A DNA stretch of 63,749 bases, the filler included, from Sluysia triapertura (taxonomy: Eukaryota), in the NCBI GenBank assembly GCA_046118255.1. It is 5 parts of 5 records of this genome, joined end to end, with 100 filler letters (N's around TTAATTAATTAA, not from the genome) between each part and the next. Parts side by side here need not be neighbours in the genome. Positions count along the whole stretch, not along the records: positions 1 to 11,647 come from JBJNIA010182490.1; positions 11,748 to 23,231 come from JBJNIA010184224.1; 3 more parts are not named here. One strand, given 5' to 3'. The stretch's first letter is position 1; each line of letters starts with the position of its first letter. Of the stretch, positions 1 through 14,290 are shown piece by piece. The position numbers and the translations under genes were made by a program. Under the pieces are notes generated by a model. That model saw only the letters and a program-made list of their open reading frames with translations, did no database searches and had not been told where the DNA came from.

Positions 1-222
1 ATTGTTTATATAGACTATCATTCCTTTTACTCACATTTCCATTGATATTAAAAGGTACTTTTAGTTATATTACTGTTCAATAAGGAAATAAACATTTTAA
101 CATTCATCTGTATAATAAGTAACATGAAAACTTTGATTCTCTTTACTAATATTATTGAAAATTTTTTTCTTAACTACATTTATGAATTATTTTAGTATTA
201 CCATAATTGTAATTATACAAAA

Positions 223-978
223 TGTGAGATCCCATTGGCTGACCAATAGAATAGACAGTAAGACACAATTCTGATTCTCAGCCTGCCTGGCTGATGTTGC
301 TCTACAAAATTAAAATTAAATTTCTGTACTAAGCAACTATCATTATTCGACAGTTAATAAAATGATCTGTATTAATTTTAATTAATGACAGATTATAAAA
401 TGAACATTTTTTGATGTAAATAATAATAAATAGTGATAACGAAAATGAAAATAATAAGAATAATAATAACAATTAATAAAAATTATAATAAATAAAATAA
501 AATAAAACTAATAAATGAAACACATGAATCTTTAATTTCTTTCTTTGAAACAATTCTTTAATAAAAATTCTTGATATATTTCTTGAAAATAAAAATCTTT
601 TAAACATATATGCTTTTTTCTTTGATAACATAAAATTCTTTTATCTTCCTCTTATATTTTAACACTTAAATCCCAAATTTATTTGCATGTAACTTAAAAA
701 ATGTATACAGAAATATCTCAAAAGAGTAACAAGGTAGTTGATCGATGTAAAAAGAAATTCCATTTAATTTTAATGTTTTGAAGAAAATTTAAAATGTGAA
801 TTTTAATGGTGTTTGATGTTATTGATGATTTTATTAATAAAGAATAAAGAATTTTAAAGTATTAAGGTAATTTTGAAATTAATGTTATCAAGTTGTAAAC
901 TTACAATGATTGATATATTTACATGTTTTAATGTGTTTTGAGATATGCACAATTTTGAATGAAAGGTTGGCCACCACA
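223..978 (-). mobile_element. LTR-like repeat, family A (TGTGGTGGCCAACC...ATCTCACA), copy A
   Basis: Ends GGTTGGCCACCACA at 965-978, as at 42279 and 61219. The other end TGTGAGAT at 223 matches 59961. An internal block at ~517-600 resembles 60640-60715. ATTGG-CTGA-CCAAT at 234-247. No clean TSD seen. Confidence 0.6.
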
Positions 979-1089
979 TATTCATCATTTGTAAGACTCG
1001 TGCTAGCTTGAAACAAACTAGACTATTTTTGATACGTCTGTCTCACATTACAGAAATTAGAGCAAATTTGTCTATTTTTAATCTATAAC

Positions 1090-1620
1090 TTAATTCTTTC
1101 TTTTTGTCGAAGCGTATGTGTCGAAGAATTTCCATGAAATTTTCTCCAGACATTGTGAAAAGAACTGGGTCCCTACTTCTTAGACCATAAATATGAAGCT
1201 TTCAAGGCCTTTGATTTACACGCTCATCAAGCATAAAAATCGCAAGAAAATCATGTAATTTTGAATTTGTAATCAACCAGTTACCTTCTTTTAAAACTTT
1301 GCCTGTCTGTTTCAATAAATATTTTCAGGTATTCAATCATACCATCGTCAATTATTAGTTCAAAAGAGCTCCTTACATTCCTAATCATAATATTTCTTTT
1401 TACCCATCTTTGTACACATCTTTGAACATGGTATAAGCTGGTACTCTACAAAATAACCACCTTCATCTAGCGTTTTCCATAAAGTTTCACCAACAGAACG
1501 TTTGATGAAATTTTCTTCATTATTAGAGGTATCAGTATCTTCTATTTCACATTCTCTTTCAGCATCTGAAATAATACACATTCTTTTTCTTTCACGAAAG
1601 GTATTAAGATAATTTTCGTT
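1090..1620 (-). pseudogene. Degenerate coding remnant of unknown origin (possibly transposase-derived)
   Basis: Higher-GC, protein-like stretch around ORF 1381-1581 that continues through stops and frameshifts. No motif confidently recognised. Confidence 0.2.
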
Positions 1621-2152
1621 TTCGCATAGTTCATTTGCATTAGAATCCGATCTATACTTATTATTCGTCTATACTTATTATTCTATTTATCAGTTCCTTA
1701 TATTTTTGAGACTAATCCATAATATCATCAGCTAAGTAGACAAAATATATATGCAAAAGATTCTTCAATACTTCACTTCGAAAATAAATTCCACTAAGCT
1801 TTCAAATAGCACTTATTTTTATTTTTTTTTATAAAATACACTTTTCAATCAATCTCACGCGTTGATGTAGTTGTACTATAAAATATAAGTTCAGCCTAAC
1901 TTTCAAAAATCACTTTTGAAAATCACCGTTAAAATGATTATTTATGATGTGATAAGGTTTGCTCTTATTGTTCAACTAGTTCAAATGTGTTACTAAGCAG
2001 CCGTCATTTGTTTGTTATTGTTTCGTCTTACTCATTAATATTGACAGATTTTCGTAGAAATAGGTATACAACGTTTATGCAATATGCGATGTCAAAATAA
2101 TAATATTTAAACCGTAAATCTAGAGTTAAGGTGTAGAATGTTTCTATAGTAC

Positions 2153-2311
2153 TGTTGGGGTAAAAGGCCTAAAAAGTTCCAAGTAGTATAATTGAATATA
2201 TTGAAAATGAAATTGTTAGACGGAGCTGATAGCTCAGTGGTACAGCATTTGAACTGCGCAGCGATGGTCCCGGGTTCGATTCCCGGTCAGTCCATTTTAC
2301 GAAGTCTAACA
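2153..2311 (+). mobile_element. 159-bp TG..CA element with 4-bp TSD containing a tRNA-derived cassette (copy 1)
   Basis: Starts TGTTGGGG and ends CTAACA. GTAC direct repeats at 2149-2152 and 2312-2315. Homologous to 24664-24818. Confidence 0.8.
2222..2294 (+). ncRNA. tRNA-derived sequence (Pol III A/B boxes, defective anticodon arm)
   Basis: A box TAGCTCAGTGG; T arm CCGGG-TTCGATT-CCCGG (B box); acceptor-like GCTGA/TCAGT; followed by TTTT. The anticodon stem does not pair. Confidence 0.75.
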
Positions 2312-5300
2312 GTACCAATGGGTTAAATTGATATCACATGATACAAAAAAAGTGGTAAAAGGTTTTTAAATTGAGTTCACATAAATTCAGAACTAAATGT
2401 TTTTTAAAAGTACTCGCCGTTTAATATGCAGAATTGGAAATACAATATCGGATTCTTCCTGTTACAAAGTAGATAGGTTTCCAAAATAACTGTGTTGTGT
2501 GTAACCACGTTACGCATCGAAATATTTACGTTTATAGAGTTATATTGTGTTAACGTGTTTTGCTATGCTTTCAGCAATTTTCTTATCATGTAAGAGTAAG
2601 ACTGTGTTGTATTTTCTTTGAAATAATACTTGTTAAAGTATTAAGCTTTGCTATAATTATCGTAAGTACAAAAAATAAAGTAAAATGAGATTTTATAATA
2701 TCAAATAATTCTAAATTTAACTTTAGATCATCGAAAACTTTTTAAATATTTTCATCAAATACAAACAAAAAAACGAAAAATTAAATCTTTTTTTGCTTTT
2801 ATACAGTAATGAAGCCTTTAATCAATTTTAATGAGTTTCTTATTAAACTTTTCGCATTATTACAATATGATGTAATAAAATGTCACAAAAAACAAATATA
2901 ACATATTTTAAGATAGTTTTTCCAATAAATTTATGTTTGTTTCTAAATTACAACATGCACACATTAATATTTGAAAAAATTAATTTGCATATTTAAAACA
3001 AACAAACCAATATATTATATACTATAAAACAATTTGATTGATGTTTCAAATAAAAACTGTTTGTAAAAGTTATGTAGATATTTTTTGCGAAATTTTATAT
3101 TTATATATGTTAAATTGTTTCTTAAAATACGAATTGTCTAATTATAAAGCATGTATTAATTATCCTCATGTGTGATTCGTTTATTTTAAATTAGTTTAAA
3201 TAGAATTTTTAATTTTGACATTATTTATTTGTTTTAAACAAAATTTTTTTATCTCACCTCATTTACATTTGTATTTAAATATAACTTCTTTGATATATGA
3301 TTTTACACGTAATAAATTTAATTAGATAATGAATTAAATAGGCAACTTTTACATAAATAATAACTTTAATTTTTATAAATTAATTTTATTATTTAACAAG
3401 ATACAAAATTTTAAATCAGAAATATCAGACAAAATATTTTTATAAATGTTTTTTTATTTTACTTAAGCACAGTATTGCTGTAGTTTTCTTATTTTTAAGC
3501 TACGGAAAAATAAATTTTAACATGGTTCGGCTTCAGTACACCACTTAAAACATTCATAGGTGTGTCTTACTAAAAATGACAGTGTAGAGTTTAGCGTTCA
3601 ACTCACTAATCTTAGATTGAAGTTTAATTTTTATCTTTATTAACGAAATGTTTTTTTCACTAAATGATGTCTTAATTATATAATACATCTGAAATAACCA
3701 ATAACAATATTGACATCATCAACCTGAAATGTCAAAATAAATAATTCTTTATACTTATTTATATTGATTATAAAAATTGTGTGCCGCTACCCTTTGTTTA
3801 ATAACATTGTGTGTTGCTTCTCACAGTTTTAATATTATAATTTTAAATTTTTTTGATACTAGTTTAGAATTATCAGATACATTATTAAATATCCTGCATA
3901 TTGTTTCTACTTTCTTTTCCTTGCATTCAATGGCTTAGAAAATGTGGACTATAAATCAAATCATCACAATCATAAACCCATTTCATCACAAATCAACACA
4001 TGTCACATAAACAAATTAACAAACAAACTACAACACACTAATACTCTACTCAATACATACAAACATTAACATGATCATAATAACTTCATAACCACTCAAT
4101 TTTGTATATATTATTTTTGTTACAATTGTTTCCATTTTATTGCTTTCGTTACGTAAATGTGCACGTTTCGCATTTGTGTATATGTATTTTTATTAATATT
4201 TTATTATTGTTATTGTGTATGTCTGAGCATTTATGTATGTACATATCTATCTCGTTATATTGTCCAAGTTGTCTATTTCTGAAATAGAAAAATATTATCT
4301 ATTTTCGCCTAAAAAATAAAATATCATGTAAAATTGTTCTATTACTATTATTAATTATTATTATTATATTGTTTATTATTTTATTTGATGTTGTATCATT
4401 TATATGATTATTAACGAGTTTTAGAGAAATACCAAAACTACAAACATACTTAAAATTTTAAAACTGTTTATTAATAATTACTAATCAATTATTGATTTAT
4501 AAATACTCTAGTATGATCTACTCCAATTTCTTATTCAAGTGGTTTGTTGTATATTTTCTATCGAACTATGTAAGTAAATTTGAGGCATCACTCAGAATGG
4601 CAACTCATCCAGCACATATACTCAAAATCGTGCATCTTCTTATCATTCTCATAAGATATGATAAAAATGAAAAATAAAAGATGCACTACATGGAATCGAA
4701 ACTGAACCGATCCAGTATGAAATTTATGAGAAAATAAGCAGATTCAAAAGGTCCAAGAAAAATTCAAAAATTTCACTGGAACTAATCATAATATATTTCT
4801 AAAATCTAACAATAATATATAGTCTTAATAATGTTTTACCATCTATTACTCTTTTATTTCGACTTTTAAATACATTAAAGATAATGATTTGTCAGTCAAT
4901 TTACTATTTACCTTTTTACACAATGAAAGTTATACTAGTGGTATTAAATGTTACTTAGTGACTTAAAAGGTAGACGATTAAGTTTTCACAAAAGACATTA
5001 AATCTTCCTTATTTGAGATTTTCGATATATATTGGTGATATTTTGAAAAATTGGTTGGTAACCTGGCTGTCTTATATAATTTTCATGTAATAGCGATTAC
5101 ATTGTCTGACTTATCGAATCATTGCAATTCGACATAGAGCTCGAGAAAGTAATTAGATTTTATCATATCTTGAATTAGATAAATCAGTGACTACGATTAT
5201 ACCATGTAGAGGTTTCATTAATATATGTTATGATGTTATTTATATTAATTTTGGTTTTGGTTATAATATAAAATTCTAAATGTTTAGTTCACTCAATTTG

Positions 5301-8300
5301 TTCGTATTAGTATTTAACGGCCTTAAGCTGATTTTTAATTCTTTAAATAATTTAAAGTTTGATTTGAAACAATAATGACGATAATTTTATGTTGACAGAA
5401 TACATGTATTCTTTTATTTGGATACTTACAAGAGATTTTTAATGTCAAAATAATATTTTCTTACTACAATGAGTAAAAACAATACTTAATGTATTGTATT
5501 TGTTATACTGGAGAAAGCTGATTCCACTGTGATTCTTTTGTTGATGCAGATACTATTTTGTTTATTGAATTTAAATTTTAAATGATAAATTCATTTTTTA
5601 ACGCTTTTGGTACGGGCTTTTTTAAAGAGAAAGTTTACAATAAAATATTTATATTAAGTGTTTCAGAGTGTGATTCTCAATCCAACGTTGCATTTCTATA
5701 TTGAAATTTTGTATCTTCTCTTCTTTTCATACATTTTCTTCTAGGTTGAAGATTTGATGGAAAATGTGAATCTAGAATGTATTTTTTATTTAGAAATATA
5801 AAACGAAAAATGAAATCGGGAACGTTAAATTGATTAATAACAGCATTTTATTGATAAAATAACTCATTCTTTAAGATAATTGCTAAGACGCACGCATGTG
5901 TCACGCCCATCCCAAAATGAAAACTTATTTTGCAAGTTTATAATATGTGAAAAAACTAAATATTATCACTTATTTTATTTATCTATTTTGTGGTAATACA
6001 ATTACACCATATTTTAGTTACATTATTAATTTGAAGTTTAATTATTTCTATTTTTATCATTTCATTGTATTCATCTAAAAACCATTAATTGGAAAAGTAT
6101 TTATTTTAATAATTACTATTGTAGTTATTTAAACATACACGGAAATAAAACAATATCTACATTATTTGAAAATGTTACTTATTTTGTAATTAATCAATAA
6201 AATTAGTTAAAATTTAGTATGATCAAATTATGAGTCATCATTGTTTTATTAAATTTGCACTTAAATTTTTTCTTAATATAGAAAACAGTCTATGAAAAAT
6301 GAGAAATATAAAAATGACATGTGCTTATAAATTAAAACAATATATAGTCTATTTTGATATTCGTTTGCTACTGTGTATTTTCAGAGCCAAGGAAAAACGG
6401 CGGTTGATTTTTGTTAAGTCATAAAATTGTAATAAAAAATTATAACTTTAAATAAATTTGTTTTTATTATGTCTCAACCTAAATTCGTAAAGTTTCAATG
6501 TTTTATCTTAAGTTTTGGAAAATTATACTTTAATATACAATTGATAATTGCACAGAAATTCATCCAATCATATTGGTTTATAATTCATCTCAATATTGTG
6601 AAAGTTAATTCTTAACTAATCTCTGATTTTTAGATATGAAATTACAAATTTTTGTAGTTAAAATAGTTTAACGTGTATTTAATTTGAAATGAATTAAACT
6701 CGTGTCACACTAAAGTACATATTAGGGAAAATATAACTATGCTTATACATTTCATAATTTTTAATTTATATAATATATTTTATTATATCAAATTAAATTA
6801 AAGAGTAATAATTCAACTGAAATTACTCTGTTCAAATTCAATGTATGTATGGAAAACTCCACTTTATATAGTATTTTTCAGTGATATAATTATGTTACTA
6901 ATCAATTCTTTGAATTCATTCTGTAATAATTTTTTATAGTTAATTTTAAATGTTCAAAATTTCTCAGAAATGATTCCAATACAAGTATTATTATGATAAT
7001 ATGACCAATTGAGAGTCATTAATTGATTTGGCCATTTTATAATTTACTCATTCGTCTTTTTCATTTCTTGCTTCATCTGTAACCATTTATATTAATAAAA
7101 TAAACTTTACGTTGAATTATTCATAAATTGTATAACATACATTTTCAAAATTTTATTGTTGTTTAATTATTTATAAAGTTACATATACGCACAAATTGAA
7201 TGACATATTCTCGCACAAATATTCACAATACATATTTGTTTCACAATTCCATATAAGATAAAATTCATTGCAGTAAGATAATCCTGAATACTTCTTTCAA
7301 ATATTATCATTACGCTGAATTTTATTCCATTCAAAAATCACAACATTACAAAACTTTAATATTTTAAATAGAACCAGTTTTAGTATTGTTATAAATTTGG
7401 TAAATTATTATTTTATAAATTCACACACTTTATAATAATTAGACACTTTTGATTCTTTTATTTACAGCGTAAATAAGATTAAAACGAAGTGACAGTACTG
7501 CTACTATCATTACTATCACTACTTTCATTTTAATGGTGTATCGATTTTTGTTAGCAGATTAATTATTATTGAAATTATTTTCCAACATTTTAATAATATT
7601 AATAATTAATAATAATAAAATTCATTAATAAATTAGTGATAATAGCTAATATATTTTTGTATATTATGTTACAAATATTTCTAAATTTAGAAAAGAAATT
7701 GTTTAAATTTTATTAATAAATTTATAAATTTTATATATAAAAGATTAATTTATATAAACACTGATTATAATTTCAATCATTCAAAGCCAATAAAATACTT
7801 CAGTTGTTACTTAATTTTTATTGGTTAATTAAAAAAGTACATTGTGTTAAAAGTTTTTAAAATAATTAATATATAAGATTAAAAGAGAAACCGAATAAAA
7901 AAAACAAAAGATTTAAAAAGAAAAAAAATTAATTTTCTTTTCTTTTCATACGTTTATTATTAATAATAAATACCGAGAATAAATAATTTAATATTTATAT
8001 AGTTTAAGTAGAAAAATAAAAAATTAAGATAGTGCTTGATAAATAAAAAAAGAATAAACTAAATAATAATTGGGATAAATAAATCAATATTTTCTTTAAA
8101 ACGACAATTATATATATAAACGATTGTTTTGTTTTAAATAAAAAAATTAAAATTTAACTATTTTGTTTGTTACTTTAGTAGATATAATTGATGTAAATAT
8201 GATTTACTTAGACAATATTTAAATTTCATACCAATTATTTAAATAATTAATTGTTTAGATTTAATTAAAAATACATAATATAAAATAAACAATTTATTTG

Positions 8301-9716
8301 TTTGAAATGCAAATTGAATTGAAAGATAGATATGACTTAATACAAAATTCATAGTTAATAGTATACCAATGGTTACTTTCTACGATCTAGAAATGCTGTC
8401 CAATGGTTTAATATAATTTTTGTTGTACTACGATACATTTATTATTTAAAATAAATTTAATTTAATTTTCAAACTACGGAAAGTGCAAAATAGATAGTTA
8501 ACTGTTTTTATATAAGAATATTTCAAAACTAAGTAAAAACTGACATCAAATAAAATAATGAAAATATCAATATTATAAAACTTAACATCATTGGCTGAAA
8601 ACTCTTTCCATCACTGAACATAATTTATTTCCTAAATAAAAACATCATAATAGTTTAATAGTTGATTGATAACTTGTTAAATAAATCTTTGATTAATCTT
8701 TAGTTATTCAGAAATTAAATTTTAATTATTGATGAAGAAACTCTTATTTTGAGTAGAAATGATTTATATATCAAAAACACTAAAAAATTGAATTCTTATA
8801 AGAATTATTTCAAAAAGTACAATTTTCTAAAATGTTTGTGATTTGTTACTGAGAAATAAGAAATTAACATGGCATTTATCTAATGCATCATTAAATAACA
8901 ATAAATATTAAATTACGAATAAGTACAATACCACAATAATTTTAAAAATATTAATGATATAAATTATAAAATTATAGTCAAAAATAATAGTTACAAAATT
9001 ATTATTGTAAGAAAATATAGTAATTGAATTTAAAAAAACTAATAAATTATTCATTAATTTATTATTATTATTATTAATAAAAACAAATTCATTACTTTTA
9101 AGCATATATAATGAATAAAAATAAATATTTATAATTTTGTTTATATTAGCAATATAAACTTTGTATAATTTACATTATTTTGTCTTATTTTTCAAATTTT
9201 CAATTTATACTCACATTATAGATAAGAAAAACGAAACTAGTTTGATATTTTGTTACGTTTATGCAATTTTTGGATTTAAATTATATTTCAATGTAATTAA
9301 AATAAAATAATTAAATTATTGGCATATATTTTTTAGAAAAAAATTTGAAATGATTTTAAGAAAAATATAAAAATGTAAAGTATAATAATATTTAAATAAT
9401 TATAATACACTTATTAAAACTTGAAAATTTTTCCGAAATAATTCATTAGTACTTGTTTTTTTTAACAATATAAATGTGAATTAGGGAGGACTAGTGTAGA
9501 ATAAGCAATTTTAAAAAATATCTTACATTCTATAGATAATTACATGATTAATCGATTTGTTGTAGTGTCACAGAAATCTAAAGAAAATTGTATCATAAAA
9601 TTAAGTTTGAACTTTGTTTTAGCAATAGAGAGACAAATATGATCACTAATTTAAAAGAAATATTTAAATACTTTCTTAAGATTAAAATAAAAATAATTTT
9701 ATTTTATATTTTTAAA

Positions 9717-10103
9717 CCCTTTTGGGACGAAATTTTTCTAAAAGTCAAATTTCCTAAATCTCAAAATGTAATTCTTATTCATCTAAAAGTTGTTTTCGTA
9801 TTATATATAGAGAAACAGTCGAGCAAACATAACCCAACATTAAAATATTTATTTCCTTTTTTACTTCCACTTTTTAATGTTTTTTGGTAAAGTCAGATAG
9901 AAGAATGAATGAGGAAAAATGTCTACCACTCTTTAGCTGCCAAAATTTTCTAATTTTTCGTTCAACCTTCTAAAGCATACTTCGATATAAAATGAAATCT
10001 ATTATCATTACTTTTAATTTGACATAAAGATCTCTGAAAAATTCCTATCAGTTGACGAATCATTCATAAAAAACTACCAGATAAGCATCCAGTCTTAAAA
10101 GGG
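9717..10103. mobile_element. piggyBac-like non-autonomous element
   Basis: Imperfect TIRs CCCTTTTGGGAC / GTCTTAAAAGGG, flanked by TAAA (left) and TTAA (right). Confidence 0.45.
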
Positions 10104-11571
10104 TTAAATAATTTGTATTAAAAATTAAGTATTATATTAAATTTTTAAATACTATTCTTTTTTACATAATTTTTTTAACTACAATATATTGCTAAATATA
10201 AATTATTATATAACATAAATTATTATTTAGTATTATTGGATAAAATATAAACCATTAAAAATGATTCATCTGATAACTATTAATATCTAACTATTTGATA
10301 GGTTATTTGAACTTGGTTAAATGTTATGCTGATACAACTTTTTTTACAAAATTATATACATTAATATACAAACATAAATGTTCGATTAACACAATATGCA
10401 CTCAGAAAGCACACTTGAAAAAAATCAATATATTGATTTATAAACTGCTATCTTTATTTAAACTGAGAACACATACAATCATATATTATATATTTCAATG
10501 CAAACATACATACAATTACTTGGTTAAGTTTTTCTATCTATTTTTTCTGTCAATAAACTTAAACACTATTAGATAATTTGGACAAATCAAATGAGAGAAA
10601 TAAATAAGTTAAAATTTAATTCGTTCCAGTATATTGTTTTTATCAAACTTATGTGTATGTCTTATAAAGAACACTGAAAGAAAAAATAGCTAATTTAAGA
10701 CAATTTTTTAGTTTTCAATTTTACTGATTAATATTGAATAAGTTTTATTTTTTTTAATTTATATTTTTATACATTTTTTTGGTTTTTAAAATTAATATAT
10801 TTTAATAACTTAATACAAATTTAATTCTAAATTTTATAATTTTTGTAAATAAATTAGCATTAAATTTAATTTCGAAGATTAATAAGCGCTAAATTTTTAT
10901 TTATTTTTGTCTTTTAATTAAAAACAAAATTTCATGTTTTAATATATCATGTATAAAAACTACTTAAAATATTATAATGTAATGTGTTTTTTATTATTTT
11001 CTAAGATTTTTACTACCAAAATTTAAGAATATTAATATTATAATTTGATATTTCGTTAAAAAAATTTACTATAATTAAATATAAAATTAAAATTTGTTGA
11101 TTACAAATTTGTTTCTAATAATGATAAATGCCACGTCAAATATATTATAAAAATTTAGTATAATATTTTAATATAACAGTTATTATAAATATTTTAAAAT
11201 GATGCAAAAATAATTATTATCATATGTTTTACAAACTTTAAATATGTAATTCAAAAACATATTGTATTTAAAGTTCACACATATATATTATTATTTATTT
11301 TTATTACTAATTTAATTATATCATTTATTCTATAGATATTAATTTTTTGCAAAAGAAATAATTAATAAAAAAAATCAAAATTTTAATTTTAAATACAAAA
11401 TAAATAATTTAAACATATTAAGTAAAATAGTGTATTAAAAATATTAATAAATTTTACAAAAACACAATTATTTCAAATTTTTTGTTTTAATTATAAATAA
11501 ACATAATGTTTTCATATTTTTAAATTGTTTTAATTTAGTAAAAATGATTTTAATAATTTTGTAGTTTACTC

Positions 11572-11647
11572 CAGGGCTTCTTAAACTTTTTTATATAGCG
11601 ACCCCCTTCAAGCTTAGGAAATTTTAAACGACCCCCTCCTCCATATA
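11572..11647 (+). mobile_element. hAT (Buster/Charlie-type) terminus truncated by contig end
   Basis: CAGGGCTTCTTAAACT terminus preceded by GTTTACTC (nnnTAnnn target pattern), with repeated GACCCCCT subterminal motifs. Confidence 0.55.
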
Positions 11648-11747
11648 NNNNNNNNNNNNNNNNNNNNNNNNNNNNNNNNNNNNNNNNNNNNTTAATTAAT
11701 TAANNNNNNNNNNNNNNNNNNNNNNNNNNNNNNNNNNNNNNNNNNNN
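11648..11747. other. Artificial contig linker N44-TTAATTAATTAA-N44
   Basis: Identical 100-bp spacer with stops in all six frames; occurs four times. Confidence 0.97.
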
Positions 11748-11821
11748 CCTTCATACCATTTAAATCAATAAAAAAACCTAATATTTAGAAATGGGACTCT
11801 TATTTTCGGACAGAGGGAGTA
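11748..11821 (-). mobile_element. Tc1/mariner-type MITE end with Stowaway-like TIR
   Basis: Reverse complement reads TA-CTCCCTCTGTCCGAAAATAAGAGTCCCAT. The other end is lost at the contig break. Confidence 0.55.
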
Positions 11822-14290
11822 ATATATTTGAGCCATTTTTTAAGCTAGATGAAACATGGTGTTTTGGCGTCGTACGTAAATCGAGAAATTGTGTGTGACG
11901 ATTTACTAAATTGACTTATTTTACAAAATTAGACTTTATATGGAGTTTTAACCCTTTAATTTCTAAACGTGAAAGATCCGCTTACAATTTGCGATTTATG
12001 TTGTGAAGAAGATGCAATTTTCTGTCAGAAGCTACGAAAGATTCTCGGTTACGCTTACTTAAATTGAGAGTCGAGAATTTTAATGATTATGTTGACCTCT
12101 TTACACTAGCTTATTTTAAAAGATTTATTTGGTTGTTTCTTATTTCACATTATAAATTGATGATGATCAGAGATTATTCTAAAACTTGAAACAATTGTTC
12201 AATGGAATTAAATAATTAATTACTGAAATACAAAATGACTACGAAAGATTTATTCACCAAACAATAAAAATGTTAATAATATATATCAATAAATAAATTA
12301 AAATTTTGAATTGCTCCGAAATTATTATTATTTTGGTTATAAATTGTTGACCCAGGTATCATATTTGTGGTTGAAAAAATCATATTTTAAGTAGAGTTTA
12401 AGGCTAAATATTATAGCTTGTTCTTACACAAACAAAACGTACGAATTCAGGGAATAATACGAGTCTGTTGGTAAATTGTTAAAATCACTATTGTGTAAAC
12501 AGGAACTGATAATAAGTGACGATAAACCGTTTTCCGAATGTCCAGAGGCGCAGAGTGGACCTTTTGAATACTTAAAAAACGTTTTAAATGGGTCTCTTTA
12601 CATATATAATTTAAATTACTAAAAAGTTATTCCACAAAATAATAAAAATTTTTATGATAAAGTATTTCAAAAGACACTGATTAAAAGTTGGTAAATTAAA
12701 TAAAATTTTTGAGTAAAGTAATAAAATAATAATGAAATTTTCTAACCTAATATTTATTTTTATTGTAATTAAATGATACGTTAATTTATTAAATAATTTT
12801 CTACAAAAATTTAATAATATTTACACTTCTCAAAAATTGATTAAACACTTTACAACAGAAACTTAACAATAATTACAAATTTATTATTTAACACTCTTTC
12901 TAACATTTTCATAACATTTTTACATGTCTCCATTATACTACGTACATCAACTCACATTTACGAACATCGATAGTCTCAGATCTTATATTTTTCATACTAA
13001 GACGATTTCATAAATTATTAAAATTATAAAATTGCAAATTAAAATCAATAGTGAAGATTAAAAGATAAGATAGATTGTTTTTATGTTTATTTAAAAATAC
13101 CTTCCTTACTCTTATTCGTGAATTCTCTATGATACTGGACTTACTCACTGAAGGGCCAGCACATAGATTTGCAGCTTAAGAAAAGAGAAGAGAGATAAAA
13201 CACTAGCCTGACTGGTTGAGAACAATTTTCAAAATTACTAATTTCTCTAAAAATATTTTGAATTAGTCTAGAACCATTCACGGATTCCATTCTGAAAAAA
13301 GTTTAGGATTTTTGTATTGCGTAAGTCGAAGTAGTGATATGTAGAAAATATTTTATATGTAATTAAGTATGGCTTGAATTATGAGTTGTGTGAATTTATG
13401 TATGAGAAAGACGACGGGATTATAGTGCCTGGTTGAAACACTACAACCTGTACTATTCCTTTTGAATTATTTAATGATTTCATAACTTCTGACTTGTTTT
13501 CGTGTTTTTTACGCTTTAGTTTTTATGTTCGCAATGCTAACGTTTCTAGAATAAATCTTGGTTTATGTAATTTTTGTTTTCGACTAACAATCAAGTTTAA
13601 AGAAGATTTCAAGTGTCTTAAGCACCTGAGTATTTTAAATTTAAAAATACCACTTCGGCCACACCTTATACTTTGTATCATTTTTTAACAGGATTGCAAA
13701 TGTGGTATGTTTAGTTTAATCGTTTGAGGCTTAATCAGAATCTAATAACGATTTGTTTATAAAACGTTATGAAACGTTATCATATAAATTAGAGTTTGTA
13801 TATTTTGTAGATATAGCAAAGGTTTAAAAGAAGTTTTACAAATATTTTAAGTCAAGATTTTGTTCTGTATTAAAATATTAAAACTAATGTTCTCTATGAG
13901 GTAATAATGATTGTTGTAGTAAAATAAAATGAAATACGAAATCCTTAATAGATAAAATCAAGCAAAAATAAGTTCATAATTTCAGATAAAACATTATATG
14001 TCAATTATTATAAATAAAAATATTGAGTCAGTGTAGATCTTTTGTTCTCAAGTTGGAATCTTTTGATGGTAATTCAGAAGCCTTATCAGTATCATTTTTA
14101 TGCAAATGTTTGAAGTTGGGATAAGGAAGCTCAATGTAGGCGTTTTACTCTTCATTTAAAAGGAAAAGCAGTCGACGTATATTTAAATATTCCCAATGAC
14201 AATAAAAGTGAAAAAATCAAATATCGCATAAAGAAACAGTTACACAGTTAAATTGATTGGATAGATATAATCAGTTTAATAAGGTAGGAT

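Noticed and set aside
2222-2294. Functional tRNA gene (also 24731-24801)
   Set aside because: Anticodon stems do not pair, the two copies differ in the loop, and both lie inside a TSD-flanked repeat.
4102-10576. Short I/L/F/K/N-rich ORFs (e.g. 4102, 8908, 9588, 10295; likewise 17000, 32026, 46072, 58832, 60406, 62583)
   Set aside because: Composition is that expected from random AT-rich DNA or repeats; many start at non-ATG codons and have no motifs.
11648-11747. TTAATTAATTAA palindrome within N runs (four times)
   Set aside because: Identical 100-bp six-frame-stop linker; an assembly or concatenation artefact.
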